A stretch of 63,499 nucleotides of DNA, counting the filler, from Octopus bimaculoides (Eukaryota), in NCBI RefSeq assembly GCF_001194135.2. It is 6 parts of 6 records of this genome, joined end to end, with 100 filler letters (N's around TTAATTAATTAA, not from the genome) between each part and the next. Parts side by side here need not be neighbours in the genome. Positions count along the whole stretch, not along the records: positions 61,494 to 63,499 come from NW_026335425.1; 5 more parts are not named here. One strand, written 5' to 3'. Shown here one piece after another: positions 61,745 to 63,499 of this stretch. A program made the translations under genes and the position numbers. Under the pieces are notes generated by a model that saw only the letters and a program-made list of their open reading frames with translations, ran no database searches and was not told where the DNA came from. Position 1 is the stretch's first letter. Every line of letters begins with the position of its first letter.

Positions 61745-62284
61745 TCGTCACCAGCATCATCATCATCGTCATCGTCATCATCACCTCCATCATCATCGTC
61801 ATCATCATCACCACCATCATCATTATAAACATCATCATCGCCGTAGTCGTCGTCGGCGGCGGCGGCGGCGGCGGCATCATTGCTATCATTGCCATCAGCA
61901 TCCACCATCGACATCGTCGCCATCCTCATCGTCTTCATCTTCATCATCGTTGTCATCATCATCATCATCAACTTCACCATCATCTTCATCATCATCGTCA
62001 TCATCGTTGTCATCATCATCTTCACCATCATCATCATTATTATCATCATCATCATCATCAACTTCACCATCATCTTCATCATCATTATCATCATCATCAT
62101 CAACTTCACCATCATCTTCATCATCATAATCATCTTCATCATCATTATCATCATCATCATCACCTTCATCATCATCATCATCATCAATTTCATCATCATC
62201 ATCATTATTATCATCATCATCATCATCAACTTCACCATCATCTTCATCATTATCATCATCATCATCATCATCATCATCACCATC
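61745..62284. repeat. (ATC)n-based array with a higher-order unit
   Basis: catcaacttcaccatcatcttcatcat recurs at ~61965, 62056, 62098 and 62222. Confidence 0.9.
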
Positions 62285-62870
62285 NNNNNNNNNNNNNNNN
62301 NNNNNNNNNNNNNNNNNNNNNNNNNNNNNNNNNNNNNNNNNNNNNNNNNNNNNNNNNNNNNNNNNNNNNNNNNNNNNNNNNNNNNNNNNNNNNNNNNNNN
62401 NNNNNNNNNNNNNNNNNNNNNNNNNNNNNNNNNNNNNNNNNNNNNNNNNNNNNNNNNNNNNNNNNNNNNNNNNNNNNNNNNNNNNNNNNNNNNNNNNNNN
62501 NNNNNNNNNNNNNNNNNNNNNNNNNNNNNNNNNNNNNNNNNNNNNNNNNNNNNNNNNNNNNNNNNNNNNNNNNNNNNNNNNNNNNNNNNNNNNNNNNNNN
62601 NNNNNNNNNNNNNNNNNNNNNNNNNNNNNNNNNNNNNNNNNNNNNNNNNNNNNNNNNNNNNNNNNNNNNNNNNNNNNNNNNNNNNNNNNNNNNNNNNNNN
62701 NNNNNNNNNNNNNNNNNNNNNNNNNNNNNNNNNNNNNNNNNNNNNNNNNNNNNNNNNNNNNNNNNNNNNNNNNNNNNNNNNNNNNNNNNNNNNNNNNNNN
62801 NNNNNNNNNNNNNNNNNNNNNNNNNNNNNNNNNNNNNNNNNNNNNNNNNNNNNNNNNNNNNNNNNNNNNA

Positions 62871-63098
62871 CTCTTCCACCACAACTTTCTCTCGCTCTTA
62901 CTTCCTGTTTCTGTTGTGCCTGTAATTCAAAGGGTCAGCCTTGTCACACTCTGTGTCACGCTGAATATCCCCCGAGAAGTACGTTAAGGGTACACGTATC
63001 TGTGGAGTGCTCAGCCACTTGCACGTTAATTTTACGAGCAGGCTGTTCCGTTGATCGGATCAACTGGAACCCTAGACGTCGTAAGCGACGGAGTGCCA
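62871..63098 (+). mobile_element. SINE family C, 3' part
   Basis: Nearly identical to 8537-8711 and without that copy's deletion. Confidence 0.9.
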
Positions 63099-63499
63099 TA
63101 AAAATAAAGCATAGGTGCCTATGTAATGGCGAGAGACGTCTCTCGCCTTCTGAACATCTAGTACTAGTGACAAGGGTGGTAGAGATCGTGGTGGTGGTGG
63201 TGGTGGTGATGATGATGATGGTTGTGGTGGTGGTAGTGGTGATAGTGGTGGTGATGGTTGTGGTGGTATACGGGTGGCGATTGCATGACGATGGTTTATG
63301 TCATATCCGAGTGACATGAAGTTAGAAGGTTCAACTACTACTACTACTGCTACTACTGCAGTTGCTGCTGGTGCTGCAGTTGCTACGGCTGCTTCTGTTA
63401 GAGGTTTAACCGCTAATCCGGCAAGCATGGTAGCTGATAGGTGGCTGAGTAGCGGATTTTCTGCTTCGATGAAGTTTATATATGTGTAAGTGTGTATAT

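Noticed and set aside
61651-63319. Long His-, Ile-, Met- and Asp-rich ORFs
   Set aside because: They are translations of an (ATC)n array plus an N-gap, open in several frames on both strands.

Overview
AT-rich, gap-ridden eukaryotic scaffold dominated by microsatellites and decayed mobile DNA. The tRNA-headed SINE families and repeat content suggest an octopus (cephalopod) genome; this is inferred from recognition, not from a search. Most ORFs in the supplied track are translations of microsatellites or N-gaps. The only well-supported host coding sequence is a + strand exon encoding the N-terminal part of a von Willebrand factor A (vWA) domain (54892-55040, MIDAS motif DSSTS), preceded by a probable 31-nt microexon (54637-54667). 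The rest is transposable-element remnants: many Penelope-like (GIY-YIG) fragments, R4/Dong-like RLE LINE fragments, RTE and CR1-like LINE fragments, two near-full-length mariners, a pogo/Tigger-like transposase relic, a Helentron/DINE-1-like element, a MITE and at least four SINE families. The most interesting signals are (i) five minimal type-I hammerhead-ribozyme-like motifs, most at Penelope 3' ends, including one near-canonical GUC ribozyme with a palindromic stem III and a family with a shared non-canonical CUGUYGA core; (ii) an apparent microsatellite-targeting hierarchy, with R4-like LINEs in (ATT)n SINE tails and Penelope ends in the internal microsatellite of another SINE; and (iii) a (TTAGGG)3 patch joining two different truncated retroelements. 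No rRNA, bona fide tRNA gene or CRISPR array was seen. All motif matches were made by eye and element boundaries are approximate unless stated.
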